NCBI GenBank assembly: GCA_027923505.1
Contig: BROI01000018.1
Span: 248,001 to 312,000, forward strand
Direction of reading: 5' to 3'
Length of the DNA stretch: 64,000 nt
From: Mayamaea pseudoterrestris
Taxonomy: Eukaryota
Every line of letters begins with the position of its first letter. Positions within the stretch are counted from its first letter, which is position 1. Both the position numbers and the translations under genes were made by a program. Shown here in pieces: positions 11,946 to 22,991 of this stretch. The notes beneath the pieces are model-generated. The model was not told the DNA's origin. It searched no databases and worked only from the letters and a program-made list of their open reading frames with translations.

Positions 11946-14471
11946 AGTGGCCGCGCCGGTGGCTGGTGTTGCTGCTGGTGATGGAGCACTGGCGGTGGCC
12001 TAATTGGCATGACGTCGGCAGGGAGTGGGCGACTGTAAAAGGTTGCTGGAGAGTCTGCTGTCGAGGTGAAGACGTTGACATTGAAGGCTGCCTCACACTC
12101 ACTGCGCCAGACCGTTAATTCTTCTTTTAATGTTTTCCAATCTCGCATCCGTATGGCACTGTCAAAGGCACAGACATCGGATCGTTCAGGGTAAGACCAC
12201 AGGAGTAGAGGGACACAATGTTCATCAGGGAAATAATTTTGCGCCCAGTCGGTGAAAACTTTGAATAAATGTTGCAGGCCGATGAAAGCAGCCGCGGTTA
12301 CGCGCAGACGTAGAGCAGGTCTCAAGCGCATCCACGCCTGTTGTGTAGGGTGATGAGATAGATGTTCAATGAACCAGAACAAATGTCCAGCCAATGGGGA
12401 AGCGAGTAGGAATGGCGACAACTCGGCGCTGATATCGCGGAGATTCTTGTACCGGGAAGGAAAGTGAAAAACCAAGTGTAGCCACCAACCAATATTGCGG
12501 ACACTTTCACGTGCTTCTTCTGTCGTTGGTCCCATGCGAATAGTTGGTGGAACTGCGTATGCTCCAAAGTGGGCTAGCAATCCCATTGTGGCGTTCAAAG
12601 TCCCTACCACGTACTTGGTGCGGTTGAACATGAATGGATCGTCGATGTCATCCACTGTAGGAAGAAGGCAGTGACCAACTGGTTCGCGTGATGTCTGGGC
12701 ATGGCCTGGGAAGTAAGGTGTGATACCTGTGCGGATCTGTTCGAAAGGCAGATGCAATCCGGATGTGCTGAGTGTTTCCGTGTTGACTCTGTTGCGCTGG
12801 CGCTGTTGGACTCGCGGCGGAGTTGCTGGATGCGTTGGCGGTTTTCTGACGCCAGTGACTTCAACTGAGTCATCGCTGTCTTCCCAATGGCCATGCTTTC
12901 GATAATCCAACTGAGTGGCGATGCTCGGTCCGCCACTTTGCTTGCGTTTGCGGTCGCGTCGTTGCCAGTCCAACTCCTCATCAGGCGTGCTGTGCTTTGC
13001 TGTCGTTTCAGTCTGTTGCGACGCGTGCTGTTTAACTTGCGGCGGGCTGGTGGCCTCCGACTGGAAGCGATCTCTAATCATGGCGGACAGTAGAGCTGTT
13101 GGCGGAGGACGGCGCGCAGCATGCGTGTTATGCGCTGGCGTGAGCTCTTTGGCTTGCGTATGCTTGGAGAGGATTTTGAGTTGCGCGAGGCCTTCTACTG
13201 ACAGTGTTGCGGCAATGTCGACTCTGACGAATTCGTTCAGCCAGGCTGGCAAATCTGTTTTCTGGAAAGCTATCTCGAAGTTTTTGATCCAACTTTGCGT
13301 CTTAATGTTGAGCAATCCTGGCAAGTACCACATGTCGTCCATGCGAGTGGAATGGAACGGCGCGATGTCTGGCGACTGGTCGAAAATCGTCATGGCGTGC
13401 GATCCTAACTGCTGGAGCTTGTCTGGCCAATGACCATCCAACGTGTGGAGCAAGTGGTCCCATAGTAGTCTACTGCGTAAGACCAGCTCGGGATGGCGAA
13501 ACGTGTCGAAAGCTGCCTGTGACTCGAGTCCTTTCCAAGCAGTCCAAGTGTCGGCCACCTGTGACATGAAGAGCGTATCGACTTTGACCAAATCTGGGCT
13601 CACATAGCAGCCATTGAGCCACATGTCCAGGAGCGGGTTGTCGTCCATCCACTGGTAGACGGCTTCTGGCAATCCAGTGAACTCAACGCAATAGTTCTTG
13701 AAGGCGGCGCCGCTGCGGCAATGTTCTGGCTGGAAAGCGACGGCTAGTGGAATGCCATGATTCTTGGGCAAGAAGAAGCAGCGTCCCATTGGGGCCAGGC
13801 CGGTTGTATCGGGCGTCACAAATACACCAGAATGGTGCTAGCATCATTCTTTGGGCTGCCTTTACAAGACAGTATGCCTGGCTGGGGTCCAGGAGATGGC
13901 ATGTGATTGGTGACAACTTGTCACCAGTCACCACATTCGGAATGCCTTGACATTCAGCGCTTTTACGGAAGCCATTATACACCCAAATTACGCAGAATGG
14001 TCCAACATTATTATTTGGGCTGCGCTACAGATGGTATGCCTGGTTGGTGTCTCAGGGGATGGCAATGTGATTGGTGACAACTTGTCACCAGTCTCGGCCC
14101 GCAGATGCCTTGACATTCAAACGCTCTTACAGCACGCCATGTATACACCCAATTTACACCAGAATGGTGCCAACATCATTATTTGGGCTGCGCTGCAAGA
14201 TGGTATGCCTGGCTGGTGTCTCAGGGGATGGCAATGTGATTGGTGACAACTTGTCACCAATCTCAGCCAGCTGATGCCTTGACATTCAAACGCCATGCAC
14301 GCCTTCCGTCCAACCGTCAATCTGGAACTCCATCGCTGCAGCTCTCTCTTCTTTCTTTGGTGCTGCGTCGCCCAACCAGGTCGTAGAGGCCTTGGTTTGG
14401 ATCGGCAGACGGAAAGATGGCGAGGCCCCAGCAAACTCTTGGAGAGCCCCTGGAAAGCGGACAAGCGTCAT
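11897..14471 (-). CDS. ORF1 (gag-position protein) of the YR element, ~697 aa, interrupted by a satellite segment at 13820-14300
   Basis: A 640-codon open frame spans 13819-11897. A further 57 codons run from ATG 14471 (MTLVRFPG...DGWTEG) and join it in frame when 13820-14300 is removed. The C-terminus runs out of frame into YR sequence, consistent with a deletion junction near 11945. The gag identity rests on position only. Confidence 0.65.
13820..14297 (+). repeat. ~2.8 monomers of the 169-bp satellite inside the element; first monomer is indel-rich
   Basis: AAATACACCAGAATGGTGCTAGCATC...GACATTCAAACGCCATG, with palindromes at ~13908, 14072 and 14241. Confidence 0.95.
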
Positions 14472-14534
14472 GATCGAAGGAAATGAGGGAGTGAGAGCGA
14501 GGAAAGAAACGCGGTTCGAGCAACAAAGGCAAGA

Positions 14535-14767
14535 ACAAACAAACAAACAAGCTGGCTAGACAACAGGGTTGGCAAGCAAGCAAGCAAGAGGAATGAGAGG
14601 CATCGGATGGGGATCGGCAACTCGGTCTGTGGTTGTCGGTCCTCCATTGATGTCGCATCTGACGTGTCCCGAACCATCGATGATGTGTATCACTCAGAGT
14701 GTACTCATAAGGTACCTTATGAGTGTCCCCAAGGCAGTCTCCTCGAAGCATCCGCCCTGAGCCGGAC
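14535..14767. repeat. Terminal direct repeat, 5' copy of the element (233 bp)
   Basis: Matches 11013-11249. Contains the perfect 22-bp palindrome ACTCATAAGGTACCTTATGAGT at 14703-14724. Confidence 0.97.
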
Positions 14768-17700
14768 CATGTATACACCCAAATTACACCATAATGGTGC
14801 CAACATCATTATTTGGCCTGCGCTACAAGATGGTATGCCTGGATGGTGTCTCAGGGGATGGCAATGTGATTGGTGACAACTTGTCACCAATCTCAGCCCG
14901 CAGATGCCTTGACATTCAAACGCTCCTACAGCAAGCCATGTATACACCCAAATTACACCAGAATGGTGCCAACATCATTGTTTGGACTGCGCTACAAGAC
15001 GGTATGCCTGTATGGTATCTCAGGGGATGGCAATGTGATTGGTGACAACTTGTCACCAGTCTCAGCCCGCAGATGCCTTGACATTCAAACGCTCCTACAG
15101 CACGCCATGTATACACCCAAATTACACCAGAATGGTGCCAAAATCATTATTTAGGCTGTGCTACAAGATGATATGCCTGGCTGGTGTCTCAGGGGATGGC
15201 AATGTGATTGGTGACAACTTGTCACCAGTCTCAGCCCGCAGATGCCTTGACATTCAAACGCCCCTACAGCACGCCATGTATACACCCAAATTACACCAGA
15301 ATGGTGCCAACATCATTATTTGGGCTGCGCTACAAGATGGTATGCCTGGCTGGTGTCTCAGGGGATGGCAATGTGATTGGTGACAACTTGTCACCAGTCT
15401 CAGCCCGCAGATGCCTTGACATTCAAACGCCCCTACGGCACGCCATGTATACACCCAAATTACACCAGAATGGTGCCAACATTATTATTTGGACTGCGCT
15501 ACAAGATGGTATGCCTGGCTGGGGTCTCAGGGGATGGCAATGTGATTGGTGACAACTTGTCACCAATCTCAGCCAGCTGATGCCTTGACATTCAAATGCC
15601 CCTACAGCACGCCATGTATACACCCAAATTACACCAGAATGGTGCCAACATCATTCTTCCGGCTGCAAAACAAGATGGTATGCCTGGATGGGGTCTCAGG
15701 GGATGGCAATGTGATTGGTGACAACTTGTCACCAGTCTCAGCCCGCAGATGCCTTGACATTCAAACGCCCCTACAGCACGCCATGTATACACCCAAATTA
15801 CACCAGAATGGTGCCAACATCATTATTTGGGCTGCGCTACAAGATGGTATGCCTGGCTGGGGTCTCAGGGGATGGCAATGTGATTGGTGACAACTTGTCA
15901 CCAGTCTCAGCCCTCAGATGCCTTGACATTCAAACGCCCCTACAGCACGCCATGTATACACCCAAATTACACCAGAATGGTGCCAACATCATTATTTGGG
16001 CTGCGCTACAAGATGGTATGCCTGGCTGGTGTCTCAGGGGATGGCAATGTGATTGGTGACAACTTGTCACCAGTCTCAGCCCTCAGATGCCTTGACATTC
16101 AAACGCCCCTACAGCACGCCATGTATACACCCAAATTACACCAGAATGGTGCCAACATCATTCTTTGGGCTGCGCTACAAGATGGTATGCCTGGCTGGTG
16201 TCTCAGGGGATGGCAATGTGATTGGTGACAACTTGTCACCAGTCTCAGCCCGCAGATGCCTTGACATTCAAACGCCCCTACGGCACGCCATGTATACACC
16301 CAAATTACACCAGAATGGTGCCAACATTATTATTTGGGCTGCGCTACAAGATGGTATGCCTGGCTGGTGTCTCAGGGGATGGCAATGTGATTGGTGACAA
16401 CTTGTCACCAGTCTCAGCCAGCTGATGCCTTGACATTCAAACGCCCCTACAGCACGCCATGTATACACCCAAATTACACCAGAATGGTGCCAACATCATT
16501 ATTTGGGCTGCGCTACAAGATGGTATGCCTGGCTGGTGTCTCAGGGGATGGCAATGTGATTGGTGACAACTTGTCACCAATCTCAGCCAGCTGATGCCTT
16601 GACATTCAAACGCCCCTACAGCACGCCATGTATACACCCAAATTACACCAGAATGGTGCCAACATCATTCTTCCGGCTGCGCTACAAGATGGTATGCCTG
16701 GATGGGGTCTCAGGGGATGGCAATGTGATTGGTGACAACTTGTCACCAGTCTCAGCCCGCAGATGCCTTGACATTCAAACGCTCCTACAGCACGCCATGT
16801 ATACACCCAAATTACACCAGAATGGTGCCAACATCATTCTTTGAGCTGCGCTACAAGATGGAATGCTTGGCTGGTGTCTCAGGGGATGGCAATGTGATTG
16901 GTGACAACTTGTCACCAGTCTCAGCCCGCAGATGCCTTGACATTCAAACGCTCCTACAGCAAGCCATGTATACACCCAAATTACACCAGAATGGTGCCAA
17001 CATTATTATTTGGACTGCGCTACAAGATGGTATGCCTGGCTGGGGTCTCAGGGGATGGCAATGTGATTGGTGACAACTTGTCACCAATCTCAGCCAGCTG
17101 ATGCCTTGACATTCAAACGCCCCTACAGCACGCCATGTATACACCCAAATTACACCAGAATGGTGCCAACATCATTTTTTGATCTGCGCTACAAGATGGT
17201 ATGCCTGGCTGGTGTCTCAGGGGATGGCAATGTGATTGGTGACAACTTGTCACCAGTCTCAGCCAGCTGATGCCCTGACATTCAATCACCCCTACAGCAA
17301 GACATGTATACACCCAAATTACACCAGAATGGTGCCAACACCATTATTTGGGCTGCGCTACAAGATGGTATGCCTGGATGGTGGTCCCAGGTGATGGCAA
17401 TGTGATTGGTGACAACTTGTCACCAATCTCAGCCAGCTGATGCCTTGACATTCAAATGCCCCTATAGCACGCCATGTATATACCCAAATTACACCCAAAT
17501 GATGCCAACATCATTATTTGGGCTGCGCTACAAGATGGTATGCCTGGATGGTGTCTCAGGGGATGGCAATGTGATTGGTGACAACTTGTCACCAAGCTCA
17601 GCCAGCTGATGCCTTGACATTCAAATGCTCCTACAGCAAACCATGTATACACCCAAATTACACCAGAATGGTGCCAACATCATTCTTTGGGCTGCGCTAC

Positions 17701-19454
17701 AAGGTGGTATGCCTGTATGGTGTCTCAGGGGATGGCAATGTGATTGGTGACAACTTGTCACCAAGCTCAGCCAGCTGATGCCTTGACATTCAAACGCTCC
17801 TACAGCAAGCCATGTATACACCCAAATTACACCAGAATGGTGCCAACATCATTCTTCCGGCTGCGCTACAAGGTGGTATGCCTGGCTGGTGTCTCAGGGG
17901 ATGGCAATGTGATTGGTGACAACTTGTCACCAATCTCAGCCAGCTGATGCCTTGACATTCAAACACCTCTACAGCACGCCATGTATACACCCAAATTACA
18001 CCAGAATGGTGCCAACATTATTATTTGGACTGCGCTACAAGATGGTATGCCTGGATGGTGTCTCAGGGGATGGCAATGTGATTGGTGACAACTTGTCACC
18101 AGTCTCAGCCCGCAGATGCCATGACATTCAAATGCTCCTACAGCAAACCATGTATACACCCAAATTACACCAGAATGGTGCCAACATCATTCTTTGGGCT
18201 GCGCTACAAGGTGGTATGCCTGGATGGTGTCTCAGGGGATGGCAATGTGATTGGTGACAACTTGTCACCAGTCTCAGCCCGCAGATGCCTTGACATTCAA
18301 ACGCTCCTACAGCAAGCCATGTATACACCCAAATTACACCAGAATGGTGCCAACATCATTCTTCCGGCTGCGCTACAAGGTGGTATGCCTGGCTGGTGTC
18401 TCAGGGGATGGCAATGTGATTGGTGACAACTTGTCACCAATCTCAGCCAGCTGATGCCTTGACATTAAATCACCATTCAAACGCCCCTACAGCACGCCAT
18501 GTATACACCCAAATTACACCAGAATGGTGCTAACATCATTATTTGGGCTGCGCTACAAGACGGTATGCCTGGCTGGGGTCTCAGGGGATGGCAATGTGAT
18601 TGGTGACAACTTGTCACCAGTCTCAGCCCGCAGATGCCTTGACATTCAAACGCTTTTACAGCACGCCATGTATACACCCAAATTACACCAGAATGGTGCC
18701 AACATCATTATTTGGGCTGCGCTACAAGATGGTATGCCTGGCTGGGGTCTCAGGGGATGGCAATGTGATTGGTGACAACTTGTCACCAATCTCAGCCAGC
18801 TGATGCCTTGACATTCAAACACCCCTACAGCACGCCATGTATACACCCAAATTACACCAGAATGGTGCCAACATCATTATTTTGGCTGCGCTACAAGTGG
18901 TATGCTTGGATGGTGTCTCAGGGGATGGCAATGTAATTGGTGACAACTTGTCACCAGTCTCAGCCAACAGATGCCTTGACAATCAAACGCTCCTACAGCA
19001 AGCCATGTATACACCAAAATTACACCAGAATGGTGCCAACATCATTCTTTGGGCTGCGCTACAAGGTGGTATGCCTGTATGGTGTCTCAGGGGATGGCAA
19101 TGTGATTGGTGACAACTTGTCACCAGTCTCAGCCCGCAGATGCCTTGACATTCAAATGCTCCTACATCAAGCCATTTATACACCCAAATTACACCAGAAT
19201 GGTTCCAACATCATTAATTGGGCTGCGTTACAAGATGGTATGCCTGGCTGGGGTCCCAGGGGATGGCAATGTGATTGGTGACAACTTGTCACCAAACTCA
19301 GCCAGCTGATGCCTTGACATTCAAACGCCCCTACAGCACGCCATGTATACACCCAAATTACACCAGAATGGTGCCAACATTATTATTTGGGCTGCGCTAC
19401 AAGGTGGTATGCCTGGATGGTGTCTCAGGGGATGGCAATGTGATTTGTGACAAC
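14768..19454 (+). repeat. 169-bp satellite array (family A) continued, about 28 monomers, increasingly diverged rightwards
   Basis: Same monomer and period. Substitutions and small indels accumulate after ~17200. The array ends at the palindrome centre (GTGACAAC). Confidence 0.98.
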
Positions 19455-20280
19455 ACTGTAGCACCGTGGAGCTGGTAACTGTGTGGAGGTTTGCCCTCCC
19501 AAACAACTAATGCTACATGTGAGCTGGGAATGATTGTTATGCACCAATCACACCGCATATGTGTTCCCAACCATAGCCAGAACAGAATTCATGGAACAAG
19601 ACTATTGGGGGTATTCTTTATAGGCCACACACTGTAGCACCGTGGAGCTGGTCACTGTGTGGAGGTTTGCCTTCCCAAACAACTAATGCTACATGTGAGC
19701 TGGGAATGAGTTTTATGCACCAATCTCACTGAATATGTATTCCCAAGCATAGCCAGAACAGAATTCATGGAACAAGACTATGGGGGTAGTCTTCATAGGC
19801 CACACACTGTAATACCATGGAGCTGGTCCATGTGTGGACGTCTGCCCTCCCAAACAACTACTGCTACATGTGAGCTGGGAATGATTTTTATGCCCCAATC
19901 TCACCACATACATGTCTTCAAGCGTAGCCAGAACAGAATTCATGGAACAAGACTATGGGGGTAGTCTTTGAAGGCAACACACTGTAGCACCGTGCAGCTG
20001 GTTACTGTGTGGAGGTTTGCCCTTCCAAACAACTGATCCTACACCTGAGCTGCAATTGATTGGTATGCACCAATCATACAGTATATGTGTCCCTAAGCAT
20101 AGCCAAAACAAAATTCATGGAACAAGACTATTGGGGGTAGTCTTTGAAGGCCACACACATTGGCACCGTGGAGCTGGTTACTGTGTGGAGGTTTGCCCTC
20201 CCATATATTCCAGGTTACAACTGAGCTAGAAATGATAAAGTGGACCAACCTGGCCACGTACTAGTCCCAAAGCATAAACA
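19453..20280. repeat. ~175-176-bp diverged tandem repeat (family B), about 4.7 monomers
   Basis: ACACTGTAGCACCGTGGAGCTGG...AGAATTCATGGAACAAGACTAT recurs at 19453, 19629, 19804, 19979 and ~20155. Confidence 0.93.
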
Positions 20281-20436
20281 TACTATGATAGAGTAGGACC
20301 AAAAATAACGGCGTGGGATGTGATATAGATACCGGTAAGACAAGATGAGATCTTCGAATTACGCTGCGACGAGCACCTTTTCGTCGCCTCGATCGATCCA
20401 CAGTTATTTGAACAAACCTTTGTACTTGGTACTACT

Positions 20437-21675
20437 ATGAACCCGTCACAGCTCCAGAAACATACGCCAGCAGGTCTCCTTGTCAAGCATCTTGATTGGT
20501 CTGACAAGCAGCGCCGTATTCTCACGGCAAATTGCCAAGCCGAGTCGTACTTTCACCCCGATCGGGGTTTCGAATTCGATGAATCCGATCTGCCTCATTT
20601 CCTTCTCACAAATGAAGCTATTGATAATCGGCAAGTCTTTACAGATTGGAAGACGAAAGGTTGTAAATCAAGTCTTATTGCCGGAGCTTGGACGCGCGTC
20701 CTTTTTCACGGTGGATGGGAATTTACGTCGCATGCCGACGAACACACGTACAATCTGCAAACCGAAACGCTCTTTATTGATTTACGCATTCCGAAGACAA
20801 GAAGGGACATCTTTTCGTTACTAGCAGATGGTGACAAGAGCAGGCCAATTTGTTCCGTGCATGATCTTGATGCGCAAGCCTTGCGCTACTACGCTCGCCA
20901 GCACGTCTTTGCCGGATTCTCCAAGCTAACACGGCACGACAGCAAGGCACACTACCCTTGGAGCTGCACCCGCCATCACGTCATGGACTGGAACTATGTG
21001 GGAATGCCTAGAACGCGTCCAAACAAGTGGTGGATTGAAATGAAACCACATGCCGATGGAGAAGCTGCAGCAGATGCTTGGAAGGAATGGGCATTCGCGA
21101 CAGACTCTGCAGGGCAGCACTACTACTGCGAGCAGTGGGAGCGACGAAAGAGCTTGAATTTGCGTAATAACAATGAAGGCGATGAGGATAAAGGTGAAGT
21201 TGATAGACCAATGATGCTGGCGCTCCGCATGAAGCAAAATCCTCAGAACAAGGATGGTATTTTAATTGTCGTTGGAAACGAATTCAACTATTGTCTATCA
21301 CAGCGACCCATTAACTCTAATCAAGATGCAGCTCACGCAAGTTTGGTGGCACTGGTGGATGATGCAGTGACTCGGGGTGACTTGGACGCCGCTAGGCAAT
21401 GGCTTGGAAGTATGCAGGGCGGACATGGCCACGTTCACACGTCGCAGGACAATCCGACGCACAATTCCTGGACGATTGACGCAGCCATTGAGTTTTGGAA
21501 GGAAGGAACGAGCTTGCTTACACCAGGTGACGTTACTGTCAGTGGTAGCTCAGTGGACGATTGTACTATAATTTGGAATGGTGAGGAATGGAGCGTCTTT
21601 GAAAGCTCAATTGACAATCTCGAATCATTGGTGCAGCTCTTTGGTTGTTTGCAGATGCGGCGCAGAGTGAGATGA
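20437..21675 (+). CDS. Hypothetical protein, possibly HRI1-like beta-rich family
   Basis: 412-aa ATG-initiated ORF. The motifs LQTETLFIDLRIP, FAGFS, CTRHHVMDW and YCEQWER resemble HRI1-type proteins as I recall them (tentative). Confidence 0.75.
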   Translation: MNPSQLQKHTPAGLLVKHLDWSDKQRRILTANCQAESYFHPDRGFEFDESDLPHFLLTNEAIDNRQVFTDWKTKGCKSSLIAGAWTRVLFHGGWEFTSHADEHTYNLQTETLFIDLRIPKTRRDIFSLLADGDKSRPICSVHDLDAQALRYYARQHVFAGFSKLTRHDSKAHYPWSCTRHHVMDWNYVGMPRTRPNKWWIEMKPHADGEAAADAWKEWAFATDSAGQHYYCEQWERRKSLNLRNNNEGDEDKGEVDRPMMLALRMKQNPQNKDGILIVVGNEFNYCLSQRPINSNQDAAHASLVALVDDAVTRGDLDAARQWLGSMQGGHGHVHTSQDNPTHNSWTIDAAIEFWKEGTSLLTPGDVTVSGSSVDDCTIIWNGEEWSVFESSIDNLESLVQLFGCLQMRRRVR

Positions 21676-21769
21676 GATAAGGATAGCAGGCTCGCACTAG
21701 CTAATGTGGTTAATTGCGATATTATATTCTCGTGGTAACAAAGTTAGCGGTATTCTATATTGAACTGGC

Positions 21770-22627
21770 CTATTCCTCCTCTTGTTGCCTCCGAGATGCT
21801 GGGTTTGTTGGCGCGGCGTCTTGCGTTTCTTGCTGCATATGTTGTTGTTGTTGTTGCTGCTGCTGCATGTAATAGTATGGATTATAATAGCCATATCCGC
21901 CTTGCTGCGGCTGCGCGGGAGTCGGTTGCTGCGGATAGTAGGCGGCTTGCGCCGCCATTAACCCTGGCTGCATGGCGTATCCGTTCCAAGCTGCTGCAGT
22001 TTGATGATGCGTCGCTGCAGCAGCTGCTGCCGGAATACTGTTTGCCGCATAGTCTCTATGACTGCTTGACTGCGCCGTCGTGGAAGCTGCTGCTGTTGCT
22101 GCAGACGTCGAAGCCGCAGATGCCGCCCCTCCTCGTGGAGATGCCGCTCGCTCCTCTGCTGGAACTAGCGTTGGAAGCATGACGAGGACTTCCTCGTCAT
22201 CGCCGCCACTTCCACCTCGACGAGAGCTTCCGCCGCCTCCTCCTCCTCGCTTCGCTTCAGCGAGCTGTCGCTTGAGCTGCTGGTTCTCACGATGCAAGCT
22301 TCGAATGCATTGAATCGTTCCTCCAATCAAATCAAACCTCGTCAACGATGAATCTTGCTCCGGCTTGATTTTTTTGCTGGGTCGCTCCGACGCATCATCT
22401 CCATCCGCCGCAGAAGCTCCTTGCGGCGGCGGCGGGTTGCCTTCGACGAGAGCGAGTAGATTCGAAAGCTCATCAAAGGCGCTGGCAAGGTCGGACCGCC
22501 GCTGCTTTTCGCGCTCGCGCTTCCGAAGCGACTTGTTGGCTGTGGATTGGGATGACATGTCAATGAGTGGATCGGAAAGCGTATCGTCGGCCTCTTGCTG
22601 TTGTTGCTGGTAATGGACCTCCGGCAT
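21770..22627 (-). CDS. bHLH transcription factor with Gln/Ala/Tyr-rich C-terminus
   Basis: Basic region and helix 1 KREREKQRRSDLASAFDELSNLL; helix 2 and zipper TRFDLIGGTIQCIRSLHRENQQLK. First ATG at 22627. Confidence 0.88.
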   Translation of the reverse strand: MPEVHYQQQQQEADDTLSDPLIDMSSQSTANKSLRKREREKQRRSDLASAFDELSNLLALVEGNPPPPQGASAADGDDASERPSKKIKPEQDSSLTRFDLIGGTIQCIRSLHRENQQLKRQLAEAKRGGGGGGSSRRGGSGGDDEEVLVMLPTLVPAEERAASPRGGAASAASTSAATAAASTTAQSSSHRDYAANSIPAAAAAATHHQTAAAWNGYAMQPGLMAAQAAYYPQQPTPAQPQQGGYGYYNPYYYMQQQQQQQQHMQQETQDAAPTNPASRRQQEEE

Positions 22628-22991
22628 TGTGATAAGAGTGATGGGCCACGCGCAGTGATAAACCAAGTGGAAAGGGACTTTAAAGGCGCTTGCATTCAAG
22701 TGCACGCGCAATCATGGAGACGAAGGCAATGAGCAGCGCGGCGGACGATTCCGGCGCGCCGCGCCGACCGAGTTTTCAGTGCCGGTTCAGTCGTGCCTGT
22801 GACTTTGCGGCTCAGAACCTCCAGCGCGGCGTCGCAGCGCATCATCGAACACAAAAACGATTCATCGGCTTGCATCGCACCGACCAACGAAACAGATTCT
22901 GTTCCCGCATCTTACCGAATACTCGTTCGTCTACGGAAGTATCGTAAAAAGGAAGCAGCTGCGACCAGAGATTTATTGACGCTTAAAAATC

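Larger units (their letters stand above)
11013..14767 (-). mobile_element. Non-autonomous tyrosine-recombinase retroelement (DIRS/Ngaro/PAT-like), internally deleted, inserted in the 169-bp satellite
   Basis: Unique sequence bounded by ~235-bp direct repeats. Contains a long minus-strand ORF1 followed by a YR C-terminal remnant (HSNR...RW...HY). No RT or RNase H motifs and no clear target-site duplication. Confidence 0.8.

Noticed and set aside
11013..14767. Classical LTR retrotransposon (Copia/Gypsy)
   Set aside because: No TG...CA termini, no clear TSD, and no integrase, RT or protease motifs. It carries a YR remnant instead.
1..19454. CRISPR-like or guide-RNA array suggested by the regularly spaced palindrome
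   Set aside because: The sequence between palindromes is near-identical rather than unique spacers, and no cas-like gene is present.
8..19506. Hundreds of 66-170-aa ORFs over the 169-bp array
   Set aside because: They are by-products of a period not divisible by 3, use non-ATG starts, and are freely broken by variants.
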